From assembly GCA_944363705.1 (NCBI GenBank), contig CALVUY010000002.1:1-54501 (forward strand): 54,501 nucleotides of DNA. Direction: 5' to 3'. A program made the position numbers and the translations under genes. Shown here piece by piece: positions 45,092 through 54,501 of the stretch (positions within the stretch are counted from its first letter, which is position 1; every line of letters begins with the position of its first letter). The notes beneath the pieces were generated by a model. That model saw nothing but the letters and a program-made list of their open reading frames with translations, had not been told where the DNA came from and ran no database searches. Origin of the DNA: an uncultured Bacilli bacterium (GTDB lineage Bacteria; Bacillota_I; Bacilli_A; RF39; UBA660).

Positions 45092-48000
45092 CTTGTTCCT
45101 CCTCTTTACTAACAAAATCAATAACTTTTAGAAGTGTTGCATACCCTTCACTTATATAATAAGCCATATTGTTTTTAATATCTTTTGACATTTCTTTTGT
45201 TATTGTAGATAAACGAAGTACATTTTGATCACTTACACCTCTACCAATAAAGATACCATCATTACTACTAAATGTTCCTGTAAACCAAGATTCAAAAGCA
45301 TATTGTTTAATTTTAGCAGCATCATCTACTACAATTACACTAATCTTCTCATATTCTTTTATCTTCTTAATAAACTCTAACATCTTATTATTGTCATTTA
45401 ATTTAGAAATAAATTTAGCAAGTCCATAAATCAAAATAACACCTTCATTTTCACTTTTAGAGTCTATTAATTTTTGTAAGTATTCAATTATTTTACCTAA
45501 AATATCTGAGATATCTTCTGTATAATAATTAGGATATTCATTTCTATCTAGATTTAAATCTTTTGTTACATCTATAACCATTAGAGTACTACCTTTAATA
45601 GAATTAATTATCATTAATAGGCTTTTAATAAAGTTTAAACTACTATTAATTCTATTTGCTGTAATAATATTACCAGGTGCTGCTAAAAAGTCTACTGTTA
45701 CTATTTCTAAATCTTTTTTACTAATACCTATAGGTACATTTCCTAAATTAGATACTTCTTCTAAAATATCATTATATCTAATAATATCTGGAAGAGTTGG
45801 TATCCTTTTAGCTTTTATAACAGATTTTTCTTTTTCCTTAGCGACGAAATCAACTAAATAGTCATTTAAGATAGCATCATCTTCTGTAATACTAGCTGTT
45901 TGAAATTCATGTATACCATCATTTTTAAGATAACCTCTACCTAAAATATCTCTTGGCATAGTTTTAGCTCTAAGTCCTAAAACACTACTATAATCACTGC
46001 TATCTTTTAATTTATAAGCATATACATTAGTAAAATTAGATGTTAATTTACTACTAATTGAATTTATAGCATTAGCAGTTATAATAAATATAACACCATA
46101 ATTAACAGAATCTCTAATTAAATCTGATATTTCTTCATAAAGATTAGGATTACTTCCATACAAGGAATCAAAATTATTTATAATAACAGTTATAACTGGT
46201 AGTTTTTCTTCTGCAGTCTTAATATAATTTAAGTAACTTCCACCACTATTTACAAATAACTTCTTTCTTCTTGATAACTCTTCTCTTAATAATTTTAGTA
46301 AGTTATTATATTTCTCATCTTCACTCTGAAATACTATTCCTCCTACATGAGGTAAGCCAATAAATCTTCTTAAAGTTTCTGAACCATAATCAATAATATA
46401 ATAGTTTAGTTCCTGTGCTCCATGATATTTACAAGTTGAATAAATAATAGTATTTAAAAGCATTTCTTTTTCTGCACCATCATTACCATATATTAGAGTA
46501 TTACCATCATCTAAAAAGTTATATTTAACAATACCTTGTTCTTGCTTTTCTGGAGCATCATATTCTCCTACAATGGCTTCAATGTTATAAGGATTAATAT
46601 TGATATTATATTTTTCTACTAATTTATCTGTAACAATTACATTAGGTATATTTGGAAGCCATAACCTTTTAGCTTTCTTATTAACAGAACTAGAAATATC
46701 GATAATACTTTTTAATATAGAAGTTATCTGTTCTCCTTTTGCTTCTGTCTTTCTAGAAGTAGCTGCTTGAATACTTTTAATTGGAATACCAAAGTCATTT
46801 ATAAAGTTTATACTTTTATCTACTTGTTTAACAATCTTTTCAGATGGATAATACTTAGCACCACACCATGCAGATTGTCCTAGTGCAAAATATTCATCAT
46901 AACCAACTTGTAAATAAAACCTTCCTGTTTGTTTTATGCTAGCAGCTTCTGGACGTTTTAACATTTCTTTACTATCAGCTTCATCTTGAACTTTTAAACA
47001 AACTCTAAACTTAGTATTAGACCAAATTTGATCATTAACAACACCACTTGGTTTTTGGGTTGCAAGTATTAAATGAACACCTAAACTACGTCCTATTCTG
47101 GCAACAGATATTAAATTATCCATAAAGTCTGGTTGTTGACTTTTAAGTTCAGCGAACTCATCACAGATTATAAATAAATGTGGTATCGCTTCTGTTAGTT
47201 TACCTTCCTTAAAGAATCTTTGATATTTATAAATATCAATTGTACTCTCCCCTAAATTATCTCTAGCACTATTAAATAAAGCTTGTCTTCTTTGAAGTTC
47301 ACTATTAATACTAACTAAAGTTCTATCCATCTCAGCTTTATCTAAGTTTGTAATAGTTCCTGCTAAGTGTGGTAGATTGATTCCAGTAACTTTATTTTCA
47401 AAAGCACCTGCTAAACCTCCACCTTTATAATCGATTAAAATAAAGGCAACATCATCAGGACTATAATTAATAGCCATTGATAAAATATAGGTAATAATGA
47501 ATTCTGATTTACCACTACCTGTCATCCCTGCTATTAAGCCATGAGGTCCATGATACTTTTCATGAAGGTCTAAATACATTAAATCTCCATCTTCGGAAAC
47601 ACCTACTTCTGCTTTTAAACTAGTAGTAGAGTCAGACGTATTCCATCTATTTAAAATATTAAGTTGTTCTACTTTTCCTACTTTTTCCATTTCAAGAAAA
47701 GTAATCATATCTGGCAATTCTTTTAGTCCATCTTCAAACTCTATTGGAATATTTGATAACACTTTAGTAATTTGCATCATATCAATATTATAATTAATCT
47801 CATCAGAGAAAGCTATCTGTTCTTGCTTTTCATAAGAATTCTTTAATATACCAGAATTATTATCACCAACAGTAATAAAATTATTACATTTACTTGGTAA
47901 CTTACTTAATCTATTTTCTATTATCAACAGACTAAAACCAATATCTTCATCATCTTCTGTTTCAGTAATTGTCTTAATTAAATCATATCTTTTAAGCATA

Positions 48001-49640
48001 TCTAAATCGTCAACTATAACTAAATAATGTGGTTTATATGGATTACTTTTCCCTTGCTTTTGATTTAGTCTTTGATTAGCAACTAATTCTAAGTAATCTG
48101 CCACATTTTTAGTAGAATCCAAATCAGTTGCAAAGAGTCTAAAATTCATCTCATTAGTAAAGGTGTGTTTTAAATATCTAAGATATTCAAAATTACCTTT
48201 ATTATTTTCATTAGTGAAAACAGCTATTTTAATATCTTCATAACTATAAAATGCTAATAGTTGAACAATTACATTATGAACAAAATTAACTGCCTTATAT
48301 CTTTCTCCCATAATTGCTGTTGTTTTATTTTCATATAAAGAATATCCTATAGGGACATTTTCAATATATTTAAATTCCTCTACTAACTTATCAGCAGCAT
48401 CTCTTAATTCGCTCTCATCAATGGTAAATCCTTCTTCAGGATAATCTATTTTTACATCTAATTTTTCTTTTCCTATACCAAGTCTTACTACTAAAAAGTC
48501 GCTTTGATCAACTCTTTTATCCCAAAAGTTAATACTTTTGTTCTTAATAATATTTAAGCATTCATTAACTGTTATTAAATTTTCAAACAAAATATTTTTC
48601 TGTAACTTAGCTTCTTCTGTCAATTCTTTTCTTTTCTCATCCAAGTAAGCAGTGTATTTTTTTATTAACTCTTCTTTATGTTTCTTTTTCATTCTTCTGT
48701 TATACCACTGAGTAACTAATGGCCATACTAACATAGAAACTAACATCGCTCCGCTTGTAACAAGTTGAGGCCATGAATCAGCTACTGTTGTTTCTTTAGA
48801 ATAAATACGTGATATTGTATTGAGAAGCATGGTTAAAGACATAATACCCATTGTAAGCATAGGACCAATGGTAAGTATTAAAGGTAGTTGATTAGAATCA
48901 TTTTCACGCGGTGGGGCACTTAATTTTATTTCTTTTGTTTCAATAACTCTTCTAATTCGAGGTGATTTTGAAAAATAATCGTCTTTACTGTATAAATCTA
49001 TGTCTTTAACTTCAACATTGATAGGTTTATCTAGTTCTGGAAAAGAATAACTAGTTAATTTTGAAGTTTCTAGGTTAATGTTAGCGACTAAATTTGTTAT
49101 TAAAAGGTTATTTAAAAATAGTAAAGATAAACCATATATTTCAATTAAATCTCCATTATTTATAGTGTAAGAACTACTAGATAAAATATGTTTATTAATA
49201 TAAATAGGAAGGTTATCACTTTTCTCTAATATTAATCTTCCTTCTTTAATACTAATTTTTGCTAATAGGTTGTTTAAGTAAGGACAATTATAATTAATAG
49301 TAGCAGCACTCACATTACCTACTATTAAATTTATATTAGAATCATATGAGTATACTGCTATATTTTTAAAACTAATATCACTAACATGAATTAAATAATT
49401 AATATTATTTCTTCTTAATATATAAAAATTATTAGGTACAATCACTTCTCTACTATTACCATTATTAGTAATGATTTTGACATCACTAGTTTCATAAAGA
49501 ACCCATTTACCCTCACTTGCTTCTACATTTATTAATTTACTTTCTTCTTTTTCATTAAAGTCAAAAGTATAACTTCCAGATACTTCTTCTGGTAGTTTAA
49601 AATCTATAATTTTATCATTCAAAAACAATGTTATCTTCAT
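45081..49640 (-). CDS. essC: T7SSb ATPase EssC/YukB-like (FtsK/SpoIIIE family)
   Basis: 1519 aa. N-terminal FHA-like repeats (MKITLFLNDKIIDFKLPEEVSGSYTF...), two TM helices (LPLILTIGPMLTMGIMSL.., SGAMLVSMLVWPLV) and a P-loop domain with GMTGSGKSEF (about 47505-47535) plus LFIICDEFAEL Walker B. Two further P-loop-like domains follow, with degenerate Walker A sequences. Confidence 0.9.
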   Translation of the reverse strand: MKITLFLNDKIIDFKLPEEVSGSYTFDFNEKEESKLINVEASEGKWVLYETSDVKIITNNGNSREVIVPNNFYILRRNNINYLIHVSDISFKNIAVYSYDSNINLIVGNVSAATINYNCPYLNNLLAKISIKEGRLILEKSDNLPIYINKHILSSSSYTINNGDLIEIYGLSLLFLNNLLITNLVANINLETSKLTSYSFPELDKPINVEVKDIDLYSKDDYFSKSPRIRRVIETKEIKLSAPPRENDSNQLPLILTIGPMLTMGIMSLTMLLNTISRIYSKETTVADSWPQLVTSGAMLVSMLVWPLVTQWYNRRMKKKHKEELIKKYTAYLDEKRKELTEEAKLQKNILFENLITVNECLNIIKNKSINFWDKRVDQSDFLVVRLGIGKEKLDVKIDYPEEGFTIDESELRDAADKLVEEFKYIENVPIGYSLYENKTTAIMGERYKAVNFVHNVIVQLLAFYSYEDIKIAVFTNENNKGNFEYLRYLKHTFTNEMNFRLFATDLDSTKNVADYLELVANQRLNQKQGKSNPYKPHYLVIVDDLDMLKRYDLIKTITETEDDEDIGFSLLIIENRLSKLPSKCNNFITVGDNNSGILKNSYEKQEQIAFSDEINYNIDMMQITKVLSNIPIEFEDGLKELPDMITFLEMEKVGKVEQLNILNRWNTSDSTTSLKAEVGVSEDGDLMYLDLHEKYHGPHGLIAGMTGSGKSEFIITYILSMAINYSPDDVAFILIDYKGGGLAGAFENKVTGINLPHLAGTITNLDKAEMDRTLVSINSELQRRQALFNSARDNLGESTIDIYKYQRFFKEGKLTEAIPHLFIICDEFAELKSQQPDFMDNLISVARIGRSLGVHLILATQKPSGVVNDQIWSNTKFRVCLKVQDEADSKEMLKRPEAASIKQTGRFYLQVGYDEYFALGQSAWCGAKYYPSEKIVKQVDKSINFINDFGIPIKSIQAATSRKTEAKGEQITSILKSIIDISSSVNKKAKRLWLPNIPNVIVTDKLVEKYNININPYNIEAIVGEYDAPEKQEQGIVKYNFLDDGNTLIYGNDGAEKEMLLNTIIYSTCKYHGAQELNYYIIDYGSETLRRFIGLPHVGGIVFQSEDEKYNNLLKLLREELSRRKKLFVNSGGSYLNYIKTAEEKLPVITVIINNFDSLYGSNPNLYEEISDLIRDSVNYGVIFIITANAINSISSKLTSNFTNVYAYKLKDSSDYSSVLGLRAKTMPRDILGRGYLKNDGIHEFQTASITEDDAILNDYLVDFVAKEKEKSVIKAKRIPTLPDIIRYNDILEEVSNLGNVPIGISKKDLEIVTVDFLAAPGNIITANRINSSLNFIKSLLMIINSIKGSTLMVIDVTKDLNLDRNEYPNYYTEDISDILGKIIEYLQKLIDSKSENEGVILIYGLAKFISKLNDNNKMLEFIKKIKEYEKISVIVVDDAAKIKQYAFESWFTGTFSSNDGIFIGRGVSDQNVLRLSTITKEMSKDIKNNMAYYISEGYATLLKVIDFVSKEEEQDEK

Positions 49641-49730
49641 ATGCTTACACCTTTTCTTACCTTATATATTAATTATAGCATTTATTTATTTATTCGAAAA
49701 GATATTAAAAAGAAAAACTCCAAAATGGGG

Positions 49731-50945
49731 TTATATGTGCTTCTTATAATCAGAATCATTATTTTGCTTTATTTTTTCTAAACCATCTTGCAAAATATGT
49801 AATTTAATTAGAATAATTACTCTTATATAGTCTTTATCTTTTAACATTGAAGCAATTCCTCCAATTCTAGAAAGACTTTTTAAACTTTTTATATAATCAA
49901 AAACTTCGTTATATGTACTAGTAATTATTAATTTCTTGTGAACATCTTTTTCTGATATAAATTTCTTTATATAATCTTGTTGAACTGCATTTCTAAGTTC
50001 TCCTATATGATCTTTAATTATTATCATTTCTTCAATCATATTAATTTCATCATTAGTTTTTGAAAAAAGTTGTACCTCATCAAAATTTATTTTTAAATTT
50101 ATATATTCTTCAACTATTTCATCATCATCTGTTTTTTCTACTCTATCTTTTAAATTATTAATTTTATCTTGTAAATAAAATGCTTGAGATATAAGCATAG
50201 CCACTTCATCATCAATAGAATTAAAATAGCTCTTAACCATACCATCAAAATTTTCTAAATGTTGATGGTACCAGTCAAGAATCTTATTATATGCATTTTC
50301 CATTGTTACATCTATTTCTGCTCTTGCTATATCATATCCAGCATAATATTTATATTTTTCAGTTAATTCTTCTATTTTTCTTAAAAATACATTTTCAATA
50401 CTATATTTTTCTTTTATTTCTAATAATTTTTCATAAAGCTCATCAAAACTACAGTTATAATTTATTGTTTCAGTCACTTCATCCTTATTAATACCATTCT
50501 TCTCATAAAATTCTTTTTCAAAGTCTTTATACACCATAATTATTTTAGTAAGTGCACTTAGATAATTACTATCAACCTCACTAACTGTATTATATGTTTT
50601 TGATGAAAAATTCCTAATAATTTCATTTATATAAAAAACATAATTTGGAAAGAGTTGTACATATTTTTTTAATTGATATATCTTTAACACCTCTATTCTT
50701 TCCATCATATAATTAAAAACTACATCTATATTCTCTTGATAATCACTTCTATCTTTATTATTTAGTAATGTTTCATATGCTAAATTAATATTTTTTAGTT
50801 TTTCTTCAGCTTTTATTCTTTCTTTATCATCTTTAAAATTATCTGGATGATATTTCTTTGCTAATTTACGATAAACTATTTTAAGTTCTTTTTCACTATA
50901 ACTACTACTAATCTTTAAAATTTCTAAGGCCTCATAAACTGTCAT
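49731..50945 (-). CDS. J-domain (DnaJ-like) protein with a long helical C-terminal region
   Basis: The N-terminal roughly 65 aa carry YEALEI...ELKIVYRKLAKKYHPDN...INLAYETL (HPD motif). There is no G/F region and no zinc finger. 404 aa. Confidence 0.75.
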   Translation of the reverse strand: MTVYEALEILKISSSYSEKELKIVYRKLAKKYHPDNFKDDKERIKAEEKLKNINLAYETLLNNKDRSDYQENIDVVFNYMMERIEVLKIYQLKKYVQLFPNYVFYINEIIRNFSSKTYNTVSEVDSNYLSALTKIIMVYKDFEKEFYEKNGINKDEVTETINYNCSFDELYEKLLEIKEKYSIENVFLRKIEELTEKYKYYAGYDIARAEIDVTMENAYNKILDWYHQHLENFDGMVKSYFNSIDDEVAMLISQAFYLQDKINNLKDRVEKTDDDEIVEEYINLKINFDEVQLFSKTNDEINMIEEMIIIKDHIGELRNAVQQDYIKKFISEKDVHKKLIITSTYNEVFDYIKSLKSLSRIGGIASMLKDKDYIRVIILIKLHILQDGLEKIKQNNDSDYKKHI

Positions 50946-51064
50946 ATATAATCCCCTTTTCAGATTGATTCATATTATATAACAAAACATATTGCTTGTC
51001 AAAAATTACTACAAAAAACAGAAGATAATAAGTCTCCCATTTTTTATTAAACTATATTTTTCTA

Positions 51065-51856
51065 CTATTCAAGGTTAAGCTTATTTTTAAGAATATAATT
51101 AGTTATTGGTGTAATTATCGCTGTAATAATAATTACAAGTCCTATTAATATACCAAATAAGATATTAACAGATGATATTACACCTACTTCATTATCAAGA
51201 GTTCTTACAAAATCAGGGCTAATTGTTCCTATAAAGACAAGAGAGAATGTAAAGTACATTTCATAGATAATGTAAAGGATTATGTAAGCAAGAAAACTAA
51301 AGCCTAGTTTATTATTATTTTTTAATTGTCCTAATGCTATAGATAAATAACATACAGCAAGTCCTGATATATATGCTACAATCATAAGAATTGCAGTAAG
51401 TATTAACATAACAACAGCATCACCTGGTATATCTTTAAAGAAGTAAACTATACCATCTACAAAAGAAGTCCACTCTCCACTACCTATTATTAATATGATA
51501 ATAGATATAAACATAACAACAAGACTTGATAGCATAGTAACAACACTTGTTATAAATTTAGATGTAATAATAGTACCTTTCTTAACAGGTAAAGTATTTG
51601 TTAAATATCCTCTTTCACTAGCAAAGTCTAGATAAAAATCTCTAATACTTAAGAAAAATGTTCCTATTACTAATACCATTAATATTACAACATAACTTAA
51701 TATCATTAATCCGTTTAAAGTAGAAAATAAATTAGACGTATCACTTAAATTATTAAGGATAACTGTTAATATAGTAATAACTAATGTAATTAGATATATT
51801 GGTAGTAAAGTCTTATAAAGATTCTTAAAATCATATTTTAATAATTTACCTAACAT
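51065..51856 (-). CDS. ABC-2-type transporter permease
   Basis: 263 aa with about six hydrophobic helices. Overlaps the ATPase gene. Confidence 0.7.
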   Translation of the reverse strand: MLGKLLKYDFKNLYKTLLPIYLITLVITILTVILNNLSDTSNLFSTLNGLMILSYVVILMVLVIGTFFLSIRDFYLDFASERGYLTNTLPVKKGTIITSKFITSVVTMLSSLVVMFISIIILIIGSGEWTSFVDGIVYFFKDIPGDAVVMLILTAILMIVAYISGLAVCYLSIALGQLKNNNKLGFSFLAYIILYIIYEMYFTFSLVFIGTISPDFVRTLDNEVGVISSVNILFGILIGLVIIITAIITPITNYILKNKLNLE

Positions 51857-52545
51857 TTAAATTCCTCCCTAAATAAATCATTAATAGACATATTAGTTTC
51901 TTTTCTAATCTCATCTGTACTACCACTTCTTACGACTTTACCATTCTTTAAAAATATTACTTCATCTAACACTTTTTCTAAATCACTAATTAAATGAGTT
52001 GAAATAAGTAGTGAAGCATCATTACTAAAATTAGTTAATATTGTATTAATAATATAATCTCTTGCAGCAGGATCTATCCCACCAATAGGTTCATCTAAAA
52101 TATATAGTTTCGCTTTCCTACTCATAACAAGTATTAATTGTACTTTTTCTTTAGTACCTTTAGACATTGTCTTTAATTTTTGATTTAAATCAAGTCCTAA
52201 CTTACCTATTAACTCTTTCGCTTTATCTATCCTAAAGTCTTCATAAAAGTCTTTAAAATAGTTAAGTAACTCTAATACTGTCATATTATTATTTAAATAG
52301 TTTTTATCAGGTAAGTAAGAGATTAACTTCTTAGTTTCAACTCCAAGGTCTAGTCCTTCTACTTTAATAGAACCAGAATCTTCTTTTAATAAGTCATTTA
52401 TTAACTTAATAAGAGTTGTCTTACCACTACCATTAGGTCCTAAAAGTCCTACGATTTTACCTTTAGGAATGCTAAAAGTAACATCATCTAATACTCTATT
52501 AGCACCATAACTTTTACATACATGACTAACTTCTAATAAAGCCAT
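51850..52545 (-). CDS. ABC transporter ATP-binding protein
   Basis: Walker A GPNGSGKTT, signature-like SKGTKEKV and Walker B LYILDEP. Confidence 0.9.
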   Translation of the reverse strand: MALLEVSHVCKSYGANRVLDDVTFSIPKGKIVGLLGPNGSGKTTLIKLINDLLKEDSGSIKVEGLDLGVETKKLISYLPDKNYLNNNMTVLELLNYFKDFYEDFRIDKAKELIGKLGLDLNQKLKTMSKGTKEKVQLILVMSRKAKLYILDEPIGGIDPAARDYIINTILTNFSNDASLLISTHLISDLEKVLDEVIFLKNGKVVRSGSTDEIRKETNMSINDLFREEFKC

Positions 52546-52913
52546 TAAATTTCACTCTCCTTTAGTATTTTCTTAATATCAGCATCACTATATCCTAAAG
52601 ATTTTAAATTATTAATAAAATCTTGATATAGACTCTTTGCAAGTAATCTTTTCTCTTTTAAGATAAACTCTCTATTATCAGTAACATATTTACCACTAGT
52701 TCTAACTGTATAAATAAATCCCTCTTCTTCTAATCCTTGTAAAGCTTTCTGCATTGTATTAGGATTTACTTGATATTTAAGGGCAAAGTCACGAACAGAA
52801 GGTATTTTACTACTAGGTAATAACTCTCCTTTAAATATCTCTTTTTTAATTATTTCTTCTAGTTGTAAATAGATAGGTTTATCATTATCAAAAACATAAC
52901 TTATAATTATCAC
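52545..52913 (-). CDS. GntR-family (YtrA-subfamily-like) transcriptional regulator
   Basis: 122 aa with DKPIYLQLEEIIKKEIFKGELLPSSKIPSVRDFALKYQVNPNTMQKALQGLEEEGFI. First gene of the ABC operon. The start codon is uncertain (GTG). Confidence 0.85.
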   Translation of the reverse strand: MIIISYVFDNDKPIYLQLEEIIKKEIFKGELLPSSKIPSVRDFALKYQVNPNTMQKALQGLEEEGFIYTVRTSGKYVTDNREFILKEKRLLAKSLYQDFINNLKSLGYSDADIKKILKESEI

Positions 52914-53009
52914 CTCTTTTGTGTTACTTGATTAATACAGTTATACAATAAATATATGTTAATGTCAAGTAAAAATACCAAATTAATATTTGATACTAAA
53001 ATAATATTT

Positions 53010-53052
53010 TTATTGCATTATTATTGCATTATTATTGCATTATTATTGCATA
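53010..53052. repeat. Tandem 11-bp repeat (TTATTGCATTA x about 3.9)
   Basis: Read directly from the sequence. The last unit runs into TATAAT (53050-53055), about 40 nt upstream of the 53093 start. Confidence 0.9.
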
Positions 53053-53092
53053 TAATTAAATAAAAGTATTATAATAATATTGGAGGACTGAG

Positions 53093-54412
53093 ATGATGAT
53101 TGATTTTATAGAAGATTCAAGAAATGAATTTAAAGAAATATTAAATGACAAATTAGAAAAGGAAATAATTAGTTTTTTAAATGCCAATGGTGGTAATTTG
53201 TATATTGGTATATCCGATAATGGTAATGTAGTTGGTATAAATGAAAACATTGACGATATGCAATTACAAATAAAAGATAGAATAAAAAATAATATTTTAC
53301 CCGCTACAGTTGGATTATATGACATAGAAGTAAAAGAACATGACGATAAAAAATATTTACATATTATAATTGCCAGTGGTAATGAAAAACCATATTATGT
53401 AAGAAAAAAGGGAATGACACCTGAAGGATGCTTTATTAGAATTGGAAGTTCTTGCGAGCCTATGAGTCAAAAACAAATTGAAGAATTATTTTCTAAAAGG
53501 ACCAGAAATTCTCTTAAAAATATTGTATCCCCAACCCAAAATTTAACTTTTTCTCAATTAAAAATATATTATGAAGAAAAGAAATATAAGATAAATGATA
53601 ACTTTTTAAACCAATTAGGGCTTGTAATGGATGATGGTAAATATAATTATCTTGCATATCTTTTGGCTGATAATAATGATATCTCTATAAAAGTTGCAAC
53701 ATATTCCGGTAATGATGCCTATGATTTGATTGAAAATGAAGAATATGGTTATTGTTGCTTAATTAAAGCTGCTAAAAATGTCATTAATAAGTTTGAACAA
53801 GTTAATAAAACTTTCACTAAAATAACTAGTGAAGATAGGAAAGAGATTAAAATGTTTGATAACATTTCAGTCAAAGAAGCAATTACCAATGCTTTTGTTC
53901 ACACACTATGGGAAAGAGAATATCCACCCAAATTTGAAATATTTAATGACCATATTTCAATCTCATCAACAGGAGGATTACCCCTTCACGTATCAAAGAC
54001 TGATTTTTTAAAAGGGTTTTCTGCACCAACTCATCCAGAATTAATGAGAGTATTTAAAGATTTAGAATTAGTTGAACAATTAGGAACAGGTATTATTAGA
54101 ATTTTAAAATCATATAGCAAAGATGTTTATGAGTTTAGTGATAATTTTATCAGAGTTAATTTTAAATTTAGAACTTCTAAAACTCTAGTTAATATACCAA
54201 AATCAGTAGATAATAATATTTACTCATTATCTGAAACACAAGAAAATATTTTGAAGTTAATAAGAAAAAATAGTAGAATAACTCAAAAAGAAATAAGTGA
54301 TAAATTAGGAATAAACATCACTACTGTTGCTAGAAACTTAAAAGACTTAAAGAATAAAAATGTTATTAATAGAATTGGTTCAAACAAAAATGGTCAATGG
54401 GAATTGTTATAA
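53093..54412 (+). CDS. AlbA_2/Schlafen-like ATP-binding protein with C-terminal winged-helix domain
   Basis: N-terminus EDSRNEFKE...FLNANGGNLYIGISDNGNVVGI is typical of the divergent AAA (AlbA_2) domain. The C-terminus SETQENILKLIRKNSRITQKEISDKLGINITTVARNLKDLKNKNVI is an HTH. GGAGG RBS. Confidence 0.75.
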   Translation: MMIDFIEDSRNEFKEILNDKLEKEIISFLNANGGNLYIGISDNGNVVGINENIDDMQLQIKDRIKNNILPATVGLYDIEVKEHDDKKYLHIIIASGNEKPYYVRKKGMTPEGCFIRIGSSCEPMSQKQIEELFSKRTRNSLKNIVSPTQNLTFSQLKIYYEEKKYKINDNFLNQLGLVMDDGKYNYLAYLLADNNDISIKVATYSGNDAYDLIENEEYGYCCLIKAAKNVINKFEQVNKTFTKITSEDRKEIKMFDNISVKEAITNAFVHTLWEREYPPKFEIFNDHISISSTGGLPLHVSKTDFLKGFSAPTHPELMRVFKDLELVEQLGTGIIRILKSYSKDVYEFSDNFIRVNFKFRTSKTLVNIPKSVDNNIYSLSETQENILKLIRKNSRITQKEISDKLGINITTVARNLKDLKNKNVINRIGSNKNGQWELL

Positions 54413-54501
54413 CTCCATTGACTTTTTAATTCTTTAATTTAAATGTTTTAGGGGCATAGTAATATATTAAAATTAAAGATATTATAGAATAAAGTATTAC
54501 A

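Noticed and set aside
52920-52939. Imperfect palindrome TGTGTTACTTGATTAATACA as a GntR/YtrA operator
   Set aside because: Only 7 of 10 positions pair, and the site overlaps the presumed RBS and start-codon region of the regulator gene, whose start is itself uncertain. The evidence is too weak to call.
53010-53052. CRISPR array
   Set aside because: The 11-bp units are contiguous with no spacers, and there are no cas genes. No other repeat-spacer architecture was seen in the window.

Overview
AT-rich (about three quarters A+T by eye, not computed) chromosomal window from a low-GC Bacillota-like bacterium. It uses the standard genetic code and encodes cell-wall genes. All convincing genes except an IS66 transposase and the last gene lie on the minus strand. 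Housekeeping blocks: tgt; rimM-trmD; rplU-prp-rpmA-obg; an envelope glycosyltransferase set; a split dcw cluster (mraZ-rsmH-ftsL-PBP2B ... ftsA-ftsZ); RNase J; RNase III. Two accessory regions stand out. (1) 22.3-25.9 kb: a tandemly duplicated two-gene cassette (an identical 165-aa protein plus mosaic papain-fold Cys-His proteins) sits between mraZ and rnj, and its duplication junction carries a copied 3' fragment of rnj. (2) 29.2-50.9 kb: a co-directional T7SSb-like island. It holds a J-domain protein, EssC, a YukD/EsaB-like protein, a 170-aa unknown, Esx-like and small helical partner genes, and two giant polymorphic toxins. The toxins share an identical 857-aa N-terminal region (2575-bp direct repeat) but have different C-termini: an R-S-QxE ADP-ribosyltransferase fused to an HD domain, versus an HExxH zincin followed by about 800 further residues. 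Toxin 1 is followed by two translationally coupled genes, a 103-aa immunity candidate and a minimal Ser/Thr-kinase-like protein. An IS66-family element with 19-bp inverted repeats and an 8-bp target duplication sits between the two toxin modules. The upstream module's Esx and partner genes have decayed, but its promoter and palindromic operator are intact. No EssA, EssB or EsaA-like membrane protein is visible in the island. Smaller items: a candidate type I toxin-antitoxin-like locus, a triple GreA-C-domain protein, an RNase J with a degenerate metal motif, and an 11-bp tandem repeat in a promoter region. All calls come from reading motifs in the supplied translations and DNA; no database search was possible.
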